A stretch of 64,000 bases of DNA, from positions 5,504,001-5,568,000 of the forward strand of contig CM000152.2 of NCBI GenBank assembly GCA_000004695.1, written 5' to 3'. The translations under genes were made by a program, and so were the position numbers. Below the pieces are notes generated by a model. The model saw nothing but the letters and a program-made list of their open reading frames with translations. It ran no database searches and was not told the origin of the DNA. Positions 1 to 14,343 of the stretch are shown piece after piece; the stretch's first letter is position 1, and every line of letters starts with the position of its first letter. Origin of the DNA: Dictyostelium discoideum. Lineage: Eukaryota.

Positions 1-728
1 ATACCGGTCCAATCGGTATGGAACCACATGAATTGGCTCAATGGTTAGGTATGACTGGTACAAAATATCAAAAACAATTTGACCATTTACAACAACAATC
101 TAATCAAGATTTTAAACCACGTTATACTTTATCCACTGAAGATCTTCGTTATAAACAATGTAAATCCTTTAATTTCGAATGCCCATATTGTGGTCAAAAT
201 AATGAATTCACTGGAATTGTAAAGATTGATTCAGAGGGTAAAAGTGAATCTGGCTTCGATTGCAACCAATGTCATGCTAAAATCCCATTAAAGAAATTAG
301 CTAATCAATTACAATTAAACATTAGAACTTATTTGAAGCAATATAATGATTGGGATTTACGATGCACCGAATGTGAAAAAGTCTCTAAAAACTATAAAGA
401 AACCTCTTATCGTTGCGCTAGACCTCAATGTCGTGGTAAAATGATTCAAATTATGACAAGTTCAAAATTGTTTAATCAAATTAGTTTCTTTTCAAAACTA
501 TTTAGAAATGATCTTTCAAACTCTGATAATACCACTACAATCATTCCAAATGAAGATCAAAATACTCTTAAACAAGCAAAACAAATAATTGATTCTTTTC
601 TCTCTAAATTTGATCAATATAATGTAAATTTAAATTCACTCTTAACTCCTTCACAAACTTTAGATAGTTTTAATAATTATTTAGCTTCTTCTCGAGCTAG
701 TATTCAATATCCAATACTTAATAAATAA
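1..728 (+). CDS. polA1: DNA polymerase alpha catalytic subunit, C-terminal fragment (5' end lies outside the window). The frame is open from nt 3 and the stop is at 726-728.
   Basis: The C-terminal zinc modules align to the human POLA1 tail. 'FNFECPYCGQNNEF' matches 'FKCPCPTCGTENIY'. 'FDCNQCHAKIP' matches 'YRCSNIDCKASP'. 'LKQYNDWDLRCTECEKV...RCARPQCRGKM...ISFFSKLF' matches 'IKKYYDGWLICEEPTCRN...LCPACMKA...LCFYRYIF'. Confidence 0.8.
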   Translation, partial: TGPIGMEPHELAQWLGMTGTKYQKQFDHLQQQSNQDFKPRYTLSTEDLRYKQCKSFNFECPYCGQNNEFTGIVKIDSEGKSESGFDCNQCHAKIPLKKLANQLQLNIRTYLKQYNDWDLRCTECEKVSKNYKETSYRCARPQCRGKMIQIMTSSKLFNQISFFSKLFRNDLSNSDNTTTIIPNEDQNTLKQAKQIIDSFLSKFDQYNVNLNSLLTPSQTLDSFNNYLASSRASIQYPILNK

Positions 729-1180
729 AATTTTAAAAAAAATAAATAAAATAAAATAAAAATAAAGAATTCTAATTTTAAAATCAAATTAAAAATAAAT
801 TATTTTAAAATCTCGGAAAATTTATTCCTTTTGAAAAAAATCCAAGAAAAAAAAAATAAAATAAATAATAAAAATAAAAAAAAATAGTTTGTTTTTTTAA
901 AAAAAAAGAAAAAAAAAAAAATTAAAAAAAATTAAAATAAAAAATTTCCATTTTTGGAAAAAATTTATAAAAACAACGATTTTTAATTAAAAATAATAGA
1001 TTAAAAAATATCTAAACAATATTTATCTTTAACTTATTTACTTTTTTTTTTTAATTTAATTTAAAATAATTGTTTTGATAATTTTAAATTTATTATTATT
1101 TGTTGTTTTTTTATTTTTAAATAGTAGTTATATATATTTAAAAAAAGTAATAATAAAAAAAAGAAAAATTTAAAAATAAA

Positions 1181-1493
1181 ATGAAAGTTTTATTAGCAGT
1201 AGATGGATCTCTATCCTCAAATCAAGCTTTATTGGAAGCATTTAAGACAATTGATAGTTCAAGAGATATTTTAGATATCATAACAGTGGATAATTTTAGA
1301 ACTTCACCACCTCAAGATGTTGATGCAGGTGAAAGAATTTTATTAGAATATGTTGAACGTTGTAAAGATCAAGGTGTAAGTTTAAAATATTTGAAATAAA
1401 ATTTTTTAAAAAAAAAAAAAAAGAAAAAACAAAACTTATATTTATTACTCAAACCAATTATTAATATTATTATTTATATTCAATTATTCAATA

Positions 1494-1586
<93 letters not shown>

Positions 1587-1851
1587 CCACCTAAAAATTT
1601 TATTACAATAGTTTATTTTAGATAATAATTTAAATGCCCAAGTATTACATGGTGATGTTAGACATGAAATAATAAGATATATAAAAGAGTGTGGACCATT
1701 CGATAGGATTATGGTTGGATCTCGTGGATTGAATCCATTTAAAAAGTTATTATTAGGTTCTGTTAGTGAATATTTAGTTCACCATTCTCCAATTCCTGTT
1801 TATGTTGTAAAATCTGATGGTAGTTGTAAAGTATCTGATCCTGCTCTCTAG
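1181..1851 (+). CDS. Universal stress protein (UspA-family) domain protein, 2 exons: join(1181..1375,1612..1851)
   Basis: Exon 1 reads MKVLLAVDGS...CKDQG and ends at a GTAAGT donor at 1376. The intron contains an (ATT)n run. The acceptor is ...acaatag at 1611, phase 0. Exon 2 reads '...HGDVRHEIIRYIKECGPFDRIMVGSRGLNPFKKLLLGSVSEYLVHHSPIPVYVV', matching the USP signature 'GSRG...LGSVS...H..CPVLVV'. Stop is TAG at 1849-1851. Confidence 0.7.
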
Positions 1852-2036
1852 GGTGAAAAATAATTATCACACCACCCCCTCCCCCCTCTCCAATTATTAA
1901 ATTGATTACCACTATTTCAAATAAAATAAAATAAAATAAAAAAAAAAAAAATGCTAAAAACCTAAATGCTTATTTTTTTTTTTTTTTTTTTTTTGTATTT
2001 ATATTATTACTGTTACTATTTTATTTATTATATTTA

Positions 2037-2499
2037 TTATATTTTTTTTCCTTCTTTTAGTGCACTATGTAGACAATGTTTTGCACCTGAAATTTTAATT
2101 TGTAAATATTCTGAACCACCATCTTTTGGATCATTAATTGTTAACAATTCATTATATTTTTTATCGATATCTTCTTTTGAGACTGTTTCTACATTTTCTA
2201 AACCTAAAATCTTTCTTGCTTCAATTGGTGACATTTTACTTTTAACATCCATACTACCTGCTGCTGCTCCCATACCTGATTCTGCCTCTATTTTTTTTAA
2301 AAAAATAATTAATAAAATTCTATGAAAATTATTTTTATGTATATAATATGTATATAGGTATCTTTTTTCTTTTGAATAAAATGGGTGTGATAGTGATATT
2401 AAACATACGTAAAAGTGCTTGTTTATATGCCATTTGAATTGAACGAACCAATACAGTTCCTGATGTAAATACAATTTTTGCAATTAATCTTGCTGCCAT
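2037..2499 (-). CDS. pam16: Mitochondrial import motor subunit Pam16/Tim16 (Magmas), 2 exons: complement(join(2037..2288,2409..2499))
   Basis: Exon 1 reads MAARLIAKIVFTSGTVLVRSIQMAYKQALL and ends at a GTATGT donor (phase 1). Exon 2 reads '...QAESGMGAAAGSMDVKSKMSPIEARKILGLENVETVSKEDIDKKYNELLTINDPKDGGSEYLQIKISGAKHCL'. This aligns along the whole length to human PAM16: '[28 protein letters not shown]...LSLQEAQQILNV...[35 protein letters not shown]'. Confidence 0.8.
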
Positions 2500-3129
2500 T
2501 TTATTCTATTAATTATTTAAATATTTAATTTGTTAATTTAAAAAATGACAATAATTTTATATAAACAGCAACACAAATAAAACGTTCGAACTGAAAAAAA
2601 AAAAAAAAAAAAAAAAAAATTTAAAAATTAATTTTTTTTTTTTTTTTAATTTTTTTTTTTTGTTTTTTTATTTTTTTTTTTTTAAATTTCCAAAAATGTT
2701 AAGAAATAATATTTGATTTGTTTTGAAAATAAAAAAGGAGTTTTTTTATTAAATCTTATTTTAATTATTTAAAAACTTTCCTATTTTTTTTTGATGAACT
2801 TTTTTTTTTACTTTAATAAATAAAATAAAATAAAAAAATAAAATAATAAAAAAAGATTTTAAAATAATTTAAAATTTAAGTGAATAAGTAAGCAATGACG
2901 AAGTTATTGCATTATTTAAAGATATTCAAGGTAAAAAAATAAAAAAAAAAAAAAAATAAAAAAATTGAAAAAAAAAAAAATTAATTTTTTTTTTTTAATT
3001 TAATTTCCAATCATTGGGTTTCATATGTTGTTAAAATTATGATAATGATGTGTTCTCTCTTTTGACTATCGCAATTCTTATAATGATAGCAATTTTGATT
3101 GGTGTGTGTTAATTAAAAAAAAAAAAAAA

Positions 3130-3167
<38 letters not shown>

Positions 3168-3532
3168 ATATAAAAAAAAAAAAAAAATGAAAATTTAATT
3201 TAATTTAACATGTACATAAAAAATAATTATAGTGGGTGTATTAATTAATATTTGAATATTTATTAAAAAGTTATCATTAAAAATTTTGTATATAGGAAAA
3301 AAAAAAAAAATAAATAATAAAAAAAAAATAATAATAAAAACAATAACAACAATTAAGTAAAATCGCAATTGTATATAGTAATAATAATATCATTATAGTT
3401 ATATTTAAATTTATTTTTTAAACAAAGTAAGTAAATAATATTAAAAAAAATAATAATAATAGATTGAAACTTGTACTAATTTGATAATAAAAAAAAAAAA
3501 AAAAAAAAGAAAATAAAAAAAAAAAAAATTAT

Positions 3533-5512
<1,980 letters not shown>

Positions 5513-5669
5513 AAAAAGTTTGGAATAATAGTCAATAAATATTATTTTTAATAATAATAATAATAATAAATATTAAAATAAAATAAAAATAAAATAAAAA
5601 GCAATTGTTTAAATATATATATATACATAAAATTTATTTTTATATTTGAATTTTAAAAAAAAAAATTTC

Positions 5670-6768
5670 TTAAGAATTTGGTGGTGGTTGTTGTTGTTGT
5701 TGTTGTTGATTAATTGGTGAAGATCTTTTTAAATTTAAAGGATTAAAAGAATAATCAATTACAGATTCTTCAATGATTTGTTTAACTTGAAAAGAAATTG
5801 GTTGATCAGAGATTGTTGAGAATAAAGATACTGGTAAATATTTGCCATAAGAGTCATAAAATTTTAAACGATTTTGAATCTCTTGATTATAGTTATGTTT
5901 TAATTCTTCATTGAATTGTTCAGCAATTGTTTTTTGACGTAAATATTCTTTTTGTCTTCTTTTAACCTCTTCTAATAGATTATCATAGGATTCATCGAAT
6001 AGATCATACCATTTACCAAGACTATATAATTCACCAATGAAATAATTTGCACCAGCCAATCGTTGTTCGAATATACAATTAAATCTTTCAAATGTTTCCC
6101 AATTCTCTGAGAAATCATTACCAAAACTTAACTTTTCATTCAATAAATAAACTAATGTATAAATACTACAACTCTCTTTAAATTGATTTTCAATATCTTT
6201 TACATTCTTTGACATTAATTGTATATTCTCTAATGAACTTGTTAAAAGTAATTGAATTTGTTCTTTTTTATTATTAATATTAAAATCATGTTGTTGTTGT
6301 GGTGATGATGGTGATGGTGAAGAAGATGAAGAAGATGACGATGGTGATGGTGATGGTGATAATGGTGATGGAGACGGTTTATAAAAAGTTATAAAATCAC
6401 ATTGTGAAGCTACATTAATTAATTGATTTTGAATTGTTTTATATAAATTATTTTGTTGTGTTAATAAATCAGAGAGTGAATTACTTTCTTCAATTTGTTT
6501 ATTATATTGTTTTTGAATCTCTAAGAATCTATTCTCCATCTCTAAATTTGATTCATTGGTTGATTTATATATTTGTTTTGATTTATCACAAATTTCATTT
6601 AATCCTGATAATTCTGATAAAAATTGATTCTTTATTAATTCTAAACTTTCAATATCAATAAAATCATATAATGTATTTAAATTATTATTGTTATTATTAT
6701 TATTATTTTTATTTACATCATTATTATTATTATTTTCATTATTATCATCTTCAGTACTTTTATTACTA

Positions 6769-6824
<56 letters not shown>

Positions 6825-7227
6825 TTTAAAAACTAAACCTTTATCTAAATATTTCTTTTTTAAAATTTCTAATTTATTTTCTATTGACGTAAATAATGAT
6901 TGTTTTTGATTCGATAACGATGTAAAATCATTTATAAATGTATTATATCTATCATTAAATTGTGTTGATGTTTCTTTTAATATCTAAAATTTTTTAAAAA
7001 AAAAAGTAAATAAATATAAGAATTTGATAATACCACAAATACAAACTAATAATTTATAATTAAATAATAGTTACAATTAATTGTTTATTTAATTCTCTAA
7101 TGATTAAATGTAATTTTGATAAAGAATTATCATATTTTTCATAGGTTTGTTTTGATATCTTTAATAATTGATCAGTTTGGTTAGAATGGCTTTTACACAA
7201 TTCTAATGATTTACTTGAAAAATCCAT
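5670..7227 (-). CDS. Hypothetical coiled-coil protein with poly-N and Ser/Pro-rich tracts, 2 exons: complement(join(5670..6983,7075..7227))
   Basis: Exon 1 reads MDFSSKSLELCKSHSNQTDQLLKISKQTYEKYDNSLSKLHLIIRELNKQLI (51 codons) and ends at a GTAACT donor. An AT-rich 91-nt intron ends at a ttttag acceptor. Exon 2 is 1311 nt in frame through the track ORF 5670..6539. No homolog recognised. Coiled-coil heptad character is visible in the sequence. Confidence 0.5.
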
Positions 7228-7593
7228 ATATATATCTATATATATATATAGATATATATATTTAATAAGTTGAAATTAAAATTTAAATTATTTATATATA
7301 TATATATATAATTTTATTTTTTTATTTTTTATTTTTTATTTTTTATTTCTTCACACAATTGTTAAATTAATTAAAAAAAAATAAAAAAAATTTTTTTAAA
7401 AAAAAAAAACACCTTTTTCATTTTTTTTTTTTTTTATTTATTTTTTTTTTTTTATTTGTATATTTTTATTTTTATTTTTGTCTCGATACCATATTTGGAA
7501 TTTTTATTTTTGATAATTTAAAAATAGTTTTGATGAGAAATCTTTATTTTATTATTATTTTTATTTTTAATATTTTTTAATATTTTTAATATT

Positions 7594-9272
7594 TTAACTT
7601 TGAATTGTTGTTAAAAAAAAAGTTGGAACTGTTGCACGGAATGAATAATCTCTATTATTTAATTTAACCATTGTAAAATAACCTCCCATATGACCCTGAG
7701 AACGTTCAATCTCACACCTACTACAATATTCACTAAATTTATTTATTTATTAATTAATTAGTATATTTTTTAATAATAAAAGAGAGAGAGAAAATATTAT
7801 TATTATTATTTTATTATTTATTTAATTTTATACATACAAAGTTACACCAGGTTTTATAATTGGAAATTTACCAATTACACCAGGACCATTTACATTTGAA
7901 GAACCATCAATTGTTGATATTATCCAAAAACGATGAGTTAATTGACAAGCATTTTTTGGATCTTCATCTTTATCCATTGAGATAGTTACTCTATAAAAGA
8001 AGGTATAAGAATTTTCATCCTCTGGTATATAAACTGCACTACATTTTATTTTAACACCTTGAGTTACAACCTCATCACCATTGTAAGGTGAAAACTCTGG
8101 ATATCTATAGAGTATTTTCCTTCTAGTTGTGAATACACCTTTCTCTAATGCAAAAGCATGTAAATATAAAAATTCCCAAAAACTATTTGCAACAATCATT
8201 GGACTACCCGGAGCAATTAATAAGATTTGGTCCTTTTTAAAACTCTTTTCTTCAATTTTAAAATCCCGCAATGCCATTATATAATATCTTCTAGAGGCAG
8301 AACATGCTACAAATAAAACATGTTGAAATGATTGCATATTTCTAGTCTTTTTATATAACGATATCGTCTTTTCAAGTGATAATAAAAATATATTTGTTTT
8401 TGATTCATATGCTTCAACTGTACCTAATAAACCATATCTTGTAAATTCTTTTTGTCCATTATGAATTAACATTGAACATAAATAATCAGCTGGTAATTTT
8501 ATATTATTATCATTATTAACAACATTATTTGAACTATTATTTGAACTATTATTTACAAATTTAATAGTTGAAATTAATTTATATAATTTAGTATGAGAAA
8601 TCGAATGAAAAGATTTTTTCATTGAATCCATTGAATTTAAATCCATCCAATTTTCAAATCTATCCCAAATGTATCTCATTGTTTTATAATGATGAATTAT
8701 ATTTGAATTAAATCTTTGATGTAATAATTTATTTACAATAATTGGTGTTAATTTTTCTTTTTCTATTATTTCATTTTGTTCTCTTTCTAAATCTAAATGT
8801 TCATTTTTATTTTTATTTTGACTTTTATATGATTTTCTTAATTCTTTTAAATAATTTGCTTCTTCATTAATATCATCGTCATCGTCATCATTATCTTCAT
8901 CTTCATCATCTTCATCATACTCTTCATCATACTCTTCATCATACTCTTCTTTTTCATCTTCATTTTCTTCATCTTTATTATCCTCCTCCTCCTCATTATT
9001 AGTATTAACATTATTTTCTACTTCTTCATTATTAATATTTAATTTATATTTGATAATTGCATTATCAGTTGATAATAAGAAATCTTTTTGAATAATATCA
9101 TTCCAAATCATATTTGAAATTGAAGAATTTGAAATGATTTGGTTAAAATATAAATTAACTTGAGATAATTCTAAAAGTGATTTTGTATGTAAATTTTGTA
9201 ATATAATTAATAAATTTTCAAATGGTATATTTAAAATGTAACATGGTTGTTGTTGTTGATTATCTTCATCTT

Positions 9273-9276
<4 letters not shown>
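7594..9276 (-). CDS. F-box only protein 3 (FBXO3)-like: N-terminal F-box plus C-terminal ApaG domain, 2 exons: complement(join(7594..7732,7838..9276))
   Basis: The N-terminal F-box reads 'YILNIPFENLLIILQNLHTKSLLELSQVN'. It is followed by a long acidic D/E/N region. The ApaG domain reads 'FFYRVTISMDKDEDPKNACQLTHRFWIISTIDGSSNVNGPGVIGKFPIIKPGVT' and ends at a GTATGT donor (phase 2). Exon 2 reads 'FEYCSRCEIERSQGHMGGYFTMV...', matching the ApaG consensus 'PGESFEYTSGCPL.T.GTMQGSYQM'. Confidence 0.7.
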
Positions 9277-9314
<38 letters not shown>

Positions 9315-9833
9315 TTTTATTATTAAATTATATTATTAAAATAAATATTTGTATGATTTTTAATTGAATATTTTATGATTGTAGTAAATGTGTGCAAATA
9401 ATTGTGTTTTTTTTTTTTTTTTTTTAATTATAAACCCATAATTAGTAAAGAAAAAAAAAAAAAAAATTAAAAAAAAAATAAAAAAAAAAAAAAAAAATTT
9501 AAAAAAATAATAAATGTTTAGAAATAAAAAAAAAAAAATTAAAAAAAAAATTAAAAAAAAAATAAAAAATTCATTGCATTTTTTTTTTTTTTTTTTCTTA
9601 AAATAGTAATTTTTGTTTTTTTTTTTTTTTTTTTATTTTTTTTATTTAATTATAAACTCGTAATCAAAAATTTGTTTATACCATTTTTTGATTAGATATT
9701 TTTTACTTTCATTGCAAAAGAAGAAAAAAATTTTAAAATTAAATTTAATTTAAAATTTTTTTTTTTTTTTTTTTTAGCCCAAACCAATCAAAAAAAAGTT
9801 TTTTTTTTTTTTTTTTTTTTTAATAATTAAATA

Positions 9834-11875
9834 ATGAACAGTGAAAATATAATTAAAGTTATTAAAGGAAAAAAAGTTGTAATAAATGGTGAAATAAAAC
9901 CAGCATCAATTTTAATTAAGTAAGTTTTTAATTAATAAAATAATAAATAATAAATAATAAATAATAAATAATTTTAAAATTAAAAATTAATTTATATTTT
10001 TTTTTATAAAGAAATGGTATTATTATTGATATTAAAGATTATTCAAGTGAAATTAAAGAAGAACATGAGGTTTTAATTGAAGAAGAGAAATTAGTTATTA
10101 TGGGTGGATTAGTTGATAGTCATGTTCATATTAATGAACCAGGTAGAACAGAATGGGAAGGATTTTTAAGTGCAACAAGTGCAGCAGCATCAGGTGGTGT
10201 AACAACCATTATTGATATGCCATTGAATAGTTCACCAGTTACAACAACATTTGAAAATTTACAAACTAAAATTGAATCGATGCCAGGTAAATTAAGAGTT
10301 GATGTTGGTTTATTGGGTGGTATTATACCGGGTAATTCATCAGAGATCTCTAGAATGGTATTAGAAGGTGGTGTAGTTGGTTTTAAATCATTTTTAGTTC
10401 ATTCTGGTATTGATGAATTCCCACATGTGAAAGAGGATGATATTCAAGAAGCAATGAATGTAATGAAAAAATTAAAAGATGAGCAAGGTGGAAGGGATGT
10501 AGTTATGATGTTTCATGCAGAGATTGAGGAACCAATTAAAGAGGCCACTGAGAGATTACAACGTGAGAATGCAGATCCAAAATTATACGACACCTTCCTC
10601 AAAAGTAGACCAAGAGTTAGTGAGAATATAGCAATTGATAAGGTTATTGAGTTAACTAAAAAGAATATGATAAAAACTCATATCGTTCATTTATCATCCA
10701 GTGATGCAATTGAAGCCATTCACGAGGCGGTTCATAATGATGGTGTGCCAATTACTGCAGAGACAACCTACCATTATCTATACTTTGAATCTGAGCAAGT
10801 CCCATACGGTAACACACTCTATAAATGCTGTCCACCAGTACGTGAAAGTGAAAATAAAGATTTACTTTGGAAAGCTGTGACCAATGGTACCATAAACATC
10901 ATCGTTAGCGACCACTCACCATGTACATTAGATTTGAAATTAATTGAACAAGGTGATTTCATGAAAGCATGGGGTGGCATTAGTTCGCTACAATTAGGCT
11001 TACCAATCATTTGGACAGAGGCTAGCAAAAGGGGTGTGCCATTAGCCAAACTCTCAGAATACATGTCTGACGCACCATCACGTCTAGTTGGCTTAAACGA
11101 TCGTAAAGGGTCAATTAAAATTGGCAGAGATGCAGATTTCGTTATATGGGATCCTGAAGAATCGTTTACAGTCGACCAAGGTCTATTAATGGTAAAAAAT
11201 AAAAATTCACCATACCACGGTGAAAAACTTTTAGGTGTAGTTCACCACACGATTTTACGTGGTAATAAAATATTTTCAAAAGGTGATCAAACAATTTCAA
11301 AAATTATTGGTAAACGTTTAATTCAAACTAAAATTCACACAAATCCAATTTACCCATCACCAACATTACCAACCATAGAGTTATTAAATAGTTTAACTGA
11401 GCAAAAAACATTCTTTGATTGTATTCATTTACTATTTGAAGCTGCACCACCTTTAGCAAATGCATTATTTTCAAAACGTCCATTCTCATCATATCAACAA
11501 TTAATCGATCAAGCTTATTCAATCATTCAATCATTAAATGAATCTGATAAAATTCAAGTTATCAATGCTCATCCAAGAATTGGTGTATCTGCATCACAAG
11601 TTAAAAATTCATCATCAATTAGTTACCGTGAACAATCTTGTGATAAAGATTCCTCGATTGATCAATCAATTCTTGAAAATTTAACACAATTAAATCAACA
11701 ATATGAATCAAAATTTGGTTTTAAATTTGTTGTATTTGTAAATGGTCGTCCAAAGAATGAAATCATTCCAATTTTACAAAATCGTTTAAATAATAATGAT
11801 AAACAAAAAGAATTAAATTTAGGTTTATCTGAAATGATTGAAATTTCAAAATCAAGATTATTAAAATTATTATAA
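9834..11875 (+). CDS. Bifunctional allantoinase (N-terminal, about 450 aa) fused in frame to OHCU decarboxylase (C-terminal, about 150 aa), 2 exons: join(9834..9919,10012..11875)
   Basis: Exon 1 reads [28 protein letters not shown] and ends at a GTAAGT donor at 9920 (phase 2). Exon 2 reads '[13 protein letters not shown]...[21 protein letters not shown]...[13 protein letters not shown]...', which is the allantoinase/dihydroorotase-type amidohydrolase. A single 591-codon ORF then continues into '...[14 protein letters not shown]...[29 protein letters not shown]...'. The HP-R-G and KFGFPF-ICARG-like motifs there mark OHCU decarboxylase. Confidence 0.85.
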
Positions 11876-11940
11876 TAACATTATATATATATAAATATTA
11901 TAAATAAATTATTATTATTTTTTTTTTTTTAAAAAATTAT

Positions 11941-13522
11941 TTATTTAATTTTATTTTTTCTATTTTTAATTTTATTTTCAATAATTTCTTCATTATTGTT
12001 ATTATTATTATTATTATAATTATTATTATTATAATTAATATTATTATTATTATTATTATCATCATTATTAATTAAAAAGTTTTTAAAATTATTTTGTCTT
12101 TTTTGAGAAATTTTTAAAAATAAAATGAAAATAATTGTAATGAATATTAAGAATAATAAAATTAAGATTAATTCAAAATGTTCTAATAAGAAAGCTGATA
12201 AAGATTTACCAGAACAATTTGGATTCATTAAGATTTCATTTACCATTGTTTCATTTGTACCTTTGAAATTACAAGTTGAACCACCTTGATCTAAATCGAC
12301 TAAACAATCGAAGCCATGATAAATTTGTCTTTTGAAATTGAATTTTCTAAATGAACTACTTGCCAATTCAAATTCATTCTTTGCAGTGATAATATTATTT
12401 TCAAATTTATTATTTGAATCTTGGAAATCAACATTTGAATAACTACAATAAATTGAAGACCCAAATAATGTTGCAACATTATTAACTATTCTATTCGATT
12501 GTAACTCCAATGAACATCTATCATTACAATTACTAACATAAATTGAACCACCATTATATGCATAATTCTCATAAAATATTGAATCAATAATTGTAATACG
12601 TTGTTTAATATTATTTAAAAACAATGCACCACCTAAACCTCTACCATAATTTTTATAAAAACTACTTGAATCAATTAAAATTTTACCTGAATTTATAATT
12701 GAAATTGCACCACCACCATTATTATTATTATAATTAATATTTTGATGATGATTGTTATTATTTTGATTATTATTTTGATTATTAATTGTTGTTGTTATAC
12801 CATATTTTTCATTACTATCAAATAATGAATTAAAAATTTCAACAATTTGAAAACCTGAAACTAATAATGAACCACTGCCAATATTATCTTTAAATAATGT
12901 TTGTTTAATTAAAAGTTTATTAAATATACCATTTGCATTCATTGGTATATCACCATTATTTGATTTACTCTCTAAATTCAATGATATCCATGGTGAATTA
13001 TTACTACCTCTTATATTTTTAATAATTGAATTTTCAATTTCAATATGAGTTGATGATTGTTTTGATTCAATTTTAATTGATGATTCATCCAATGGTATTG
13101 AGTTTTGATGAGTACCAATGAATCTTGAATTCTTTATTATAATTTGTACCCTTTGATTTGATATTTCTTTAACATTTAAAAATTGATTAAAATCATTTTC
13201 AAAATTACAATTTATAATATTTAAATTTAATCCACCAATACTACCACCACCACCACCACTATTACCACTATTACCACTGCCACTATTATCAAAATTTAAA
13301 ATATAATTCATTGAATTACTATCTTTAAATGAAATTCCTTTAAATGTAATTTCATTTTTTGATTTATTTGATAAATAAAACATTGGTTTTTCTGATCCAT
13401 CATTTTTAAAAATAACTTGTTCATTTGGATTTTGTTGTTTTGCTAATTGTTCAACTTCTTCTTCTAATATTTCATATTCAATATAACTTTCATCAAATGG
13501 ATTAATATTATCTTTATCATTT

Positions 13523-13557
<35 letters not shown>

Positions 13558-13965
13558 TTCGTCATTATCATCATCATTATCATCATCAATATCAATTTCT
13601 TCATTATCTTCTTCATTTGGATCAATTAATTTTAAAATTGGTAATTCTTGAAATAATGTATTTTCAAATGAAATATTTAAATCACTTAAATCTTGTTGAA
13701 TATTTTTATATTCACCTGGTGTAATATGAACTTTTATCTTTGAATAACTATTAATTGATTTATATTTATCTTTGATTTGATTGATTGCATAATCAATGCT
13801 TTTACATTGATGTTCATTTCCTAATAAACCACAACCATTTTCATCTTTTCCTTTACTATTTGAAATATATAAATCAATTTGATTATTACTTTGACAATAA
13901 TTAAATGATATAGTAATAAATAAAATTAAAAAAATAAGTGAAAATGAAATAATATTCACTTTCAT
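11941..13965 (-). CDS. Secreted/membrane protein with a predicted right-handed beta-helix (pectin-lyase-like fold), an acidic N/D-rich insert and a C-terminal transmembrane helix
   Basis: The N-terminal signal peptide is MKVNIISFSLIFLILFITISFNYC. A D/E/N-rich low-complexity block follows. Repeated G/N/S-rich beta-strand motifs follow, such as 'GGGAISIINSGKILIDSSSFYKNYGRGLGGALFLNNIKQRITIIDSIFYENYAYNGGSIYV'. The C-terminal hydrophobic stretch is 'LILILLFLIFITIIFILFL', followed by a basic/N-rich tail. Single 674-aa ORF. Confidence 0.5.
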
Positions 13966-14228
13966 TTTTGTTTGGTTAATTTGAAAATAATTGAAAAAAA
14001 AAAAATTTTGAAAAATAAAAAAATAAAAATAAAAAAAAAATTAAATAATGTCATATTTTTTAATTTTACCTTTTAAATGTAATTTCAAATTGTTACTTTT
14101 GATAGCAACAAAACTACCTCGTCAATGAATAAAATTGCCATAGGATTTTAAGATTTTTAATTATTTCATTAATTTGAAAAATGAACTCGGAACGATTTCA
14201 GGCATAAAATTTAAAAAAACATCAAAAT

Positions 14229-14299
14229 GGGAGATTAGTTAAGTGGTATAATGCTACCTTTGGGTGGTAGCGTCCTGAGTTCGATTCTCGGATCTCCCC
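14229..14299 (+). tRNA. tRNA-Pro (anticodon UGG)
   Basis: Sequence: GGGAGATTAGTTAAGTGGTATAATGCTACCTTTGGGTGGTAGCGTCCTGAGTTCGATTCTCGGATCTCCCC. It folds as a cloverleaf: 7-bp acceptor stem, D-arm, anticodon stem CTACC/GGTAG around loop TTTGGGT (anticodon TGG), 4-nt variable loop, T-arm CTGAG-TTCGATT-CTCGG. The anticodon loop is identical to the eukaryotic tRNA-Pro(UGG) loop. Confidence 0.85.
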
Positions 14300-14320
14300 A
14301 AATTTTTTTAGAAAAATGTG

Positions 14321-14343
14321 GGGATCACATGTTCGATTCTTGT
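14321..14343 (+). promoter_or_regulatory. Putative external B box (ex-B) downstream of the tRNA-Pro gene
   Basis: The sequence 'GGGATCACATGTTCGATTCTTG' resembles the internal B box (GGTTCGAnTCC). It lies about 25-45 nt past the tRNA 3' end. This is the arrangement reported for many Dictyostelium tRNA genes. A mirrored copy accompanies the second tRNA. Confidence 0.4.

Noticed and set aside
1966-2325. Track ORFs made of poly-F/Y/I/K/N read through homopolymer or simple-repeat DNA
   Set aside because: The same pattern occurs at 20699-21049, 35441-35806, 36354-36545, 44504-45042, 45612-45978, 46678-46860, 55027-55292 and 60897-61160. They translate A/T runs and microsatellites. They have no complexity or homology, and many are antisense or intronic to the supported genes.
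6434-6909. Plus-strand ORFs 6434-6661 and 6688-6909
   Set aside because: Antisense to the coiled-coil gene's exon 2. They are low-complexity poly-L/I derived from its AAT/GAT-rich coding strand.
14253-14271. Alternative reading of the tRNA anticodon arm as stem GCTAC/GTAGC with loop CTTTGGG, which would give anticodon TTG (tRNA-Gln)
   Set aside because: That fold leaves only a 3-nt variable loop before the T-stem and puts G at position 38. The CTACC/GGTAG stem with loop TTTGGGT gives a normal 4-nt variable loop and U33/G37, and it matches the eukaryotic tRNA-Pro(UGG) loop exactly.
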